This document shows, piece after piece, positions 62,823 through 64,000 of a stretch of DNA of 64,000 nt. The stretch comes from Pecten maximus (Eukaryota). The stretch covers positions 30,938,001 through 31,002,000 of the forward strand of contig NC_047029.1 of the NCBI RefSeq assembly GCF_902652985.1. Reading direction: 5' to 3'. A model generated the notes under the pieces. It saw only the letters and a list, made by a program, of their open reading frames with translations. It searched no databases and was not told the DNA's origin. The position numbers were made by a program, and so were the translations under genes. The stretch's first letter is position 1, and each line of letters opens with the position of its first letter.

Positions 62823-64000
62823 TAGTTCATAAAGAAGTAGTATAATGCAAAAGATATGTCTCTGAAAATATACTATCTTAAATATGTTTTTTTTGTGGAA
62901 TTGTGCAACACCCCATAACCAGTGACAATCTTCTTCACCAGGCCCTTGTTATGTATATCCCGTGCCAAACAATCAATCTTTGCTGAACATTAGTACATGT
63001 CTTATAAAATCTGCTTCGTGCCATTGTTTCCTACAAGATAAAGGCGTACTTAATTTGTGTCTTCCGGCGTTTGGACATGTTCCGAGGTCTCCTGTGGTGA
63101 TTCTTGATTGAAAGATGCCGGGGTATATATGCCTCCTGTCCTGTCACCGTCGTATCCGCGGGCCTTGCTTTGTTGATAAACCTATGTAAATGAGGAAATG
63201 ATAAATGTAATATGTAAACAGAGCATGAGTAGTGCCGTAATGTGAGACCACGGGGGGTATGTGCCCTCAGGCCGTGAAACTGACCGCATAGTGATAAGTG
63301 GACTAACTGGACCGCAGTGACCGCGTTGGCTATTAGGGAGGGCGTGCGTCACCATTTAATAGTTACCAGACCTATCCCGGGGGATTAACCCCGTAATATA
63401 GTTATGAAAGTTTCGTCGCCACTTCTACAAGGGGTAGGGGGCTGCTGCTGCTGACTGTAACTCTCTGATCTCAGACCACATCAGATGACCCCCCCCCCCC
63501 CCCCCCCCCCCCCCCGGGGGGGGGAACCGTTTGGTGCGGTTGTTTATGGTCGCATCAAATATTCAATTCAACGAAATGCTACATTTTGGTGGGTGGACGT
63601 GTGGGCTTCGAATTTGGAAAACCCAAAATATTTTCAAATAATACAACGTCATTCAGGCAGTGATCAGACGTGTACACACCTGCACGACAAAGACTATTAC
63701 ACCTGTGATGTCAATAAAAATAGGTAGGTTGTATGAGCCGACTAGTAAGTTGAGATCATTATGATTCACGATGGAGTGACGAGAGAAGTAGGGGGAGGGG
63801 TGGAGGTGGGAGAGGGGGAGTCAGTCTGGCCCTCTTCCACCACATGTGATATAATACACAGGTATATTGATCGATATGTACCTCGTCAAGACCAAACAAC
63901 ACATATGTATCTGTTAGGTACATCTGTTGTGTATAGTCATAACATGAATGAAGGTTATGAATGTATTACCTCATATCTGACATAGATAATATGCGTTGTA

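Noticed and set aside
63489-63524. Poly-C/poly-G hairpin, and the G-run at 1454-1489
   Set aside because: Simple homopolymers with unreliable length; no evidence of function

Overview
This is AT-rich, intron-containing animal genomic DNA with one assembly gap (19979-20113). The tRNA-derived SINEs and pearl/HINE-type repeats suggest a bivalve mollusc, possibly a scallop (inference). I reconstructed four complete spliced genes by hand, all with phase-consistent GT-AG junctions. (1) A minus-strand ~704-aa atypical ubiquitin-conjugating (E2/UBC) protein (15816->10073). It keeps the catalytic Cys but lacks the HPN motif, carries a large unrecognised domain and a basic/acidic KGRG tail, and is interrupted by a 1-nt homopolymer frameshift. 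(2) NDUFA10 (22919-34851, 8 exons, 395 aa) with degenerate nucleotide-binding motifs. (3) An uncharacterised 535-aa signal-peptide, furin-site, GPI-like protein with a 5+5 Cys layout (45981->41438). (4) A 130-aa Ly6/uPAR (quiver-like) GPI protein (53908->51376). The window also holds the last exon of an upstream gene (2541-3248) and the first exon of an integrin alpha (60343-60551). The rest is SINEs, LINE and Tc1 remnants, MITEs, HINE-like elements and many minisatellites. Two minisatellites are dense transcription-factor-motif arrays: 15 E-boxes, and 8 DR1 nuclear-receptor elements interleaved with forkhead cores. Most short ORFs in the supplied track are spurious.
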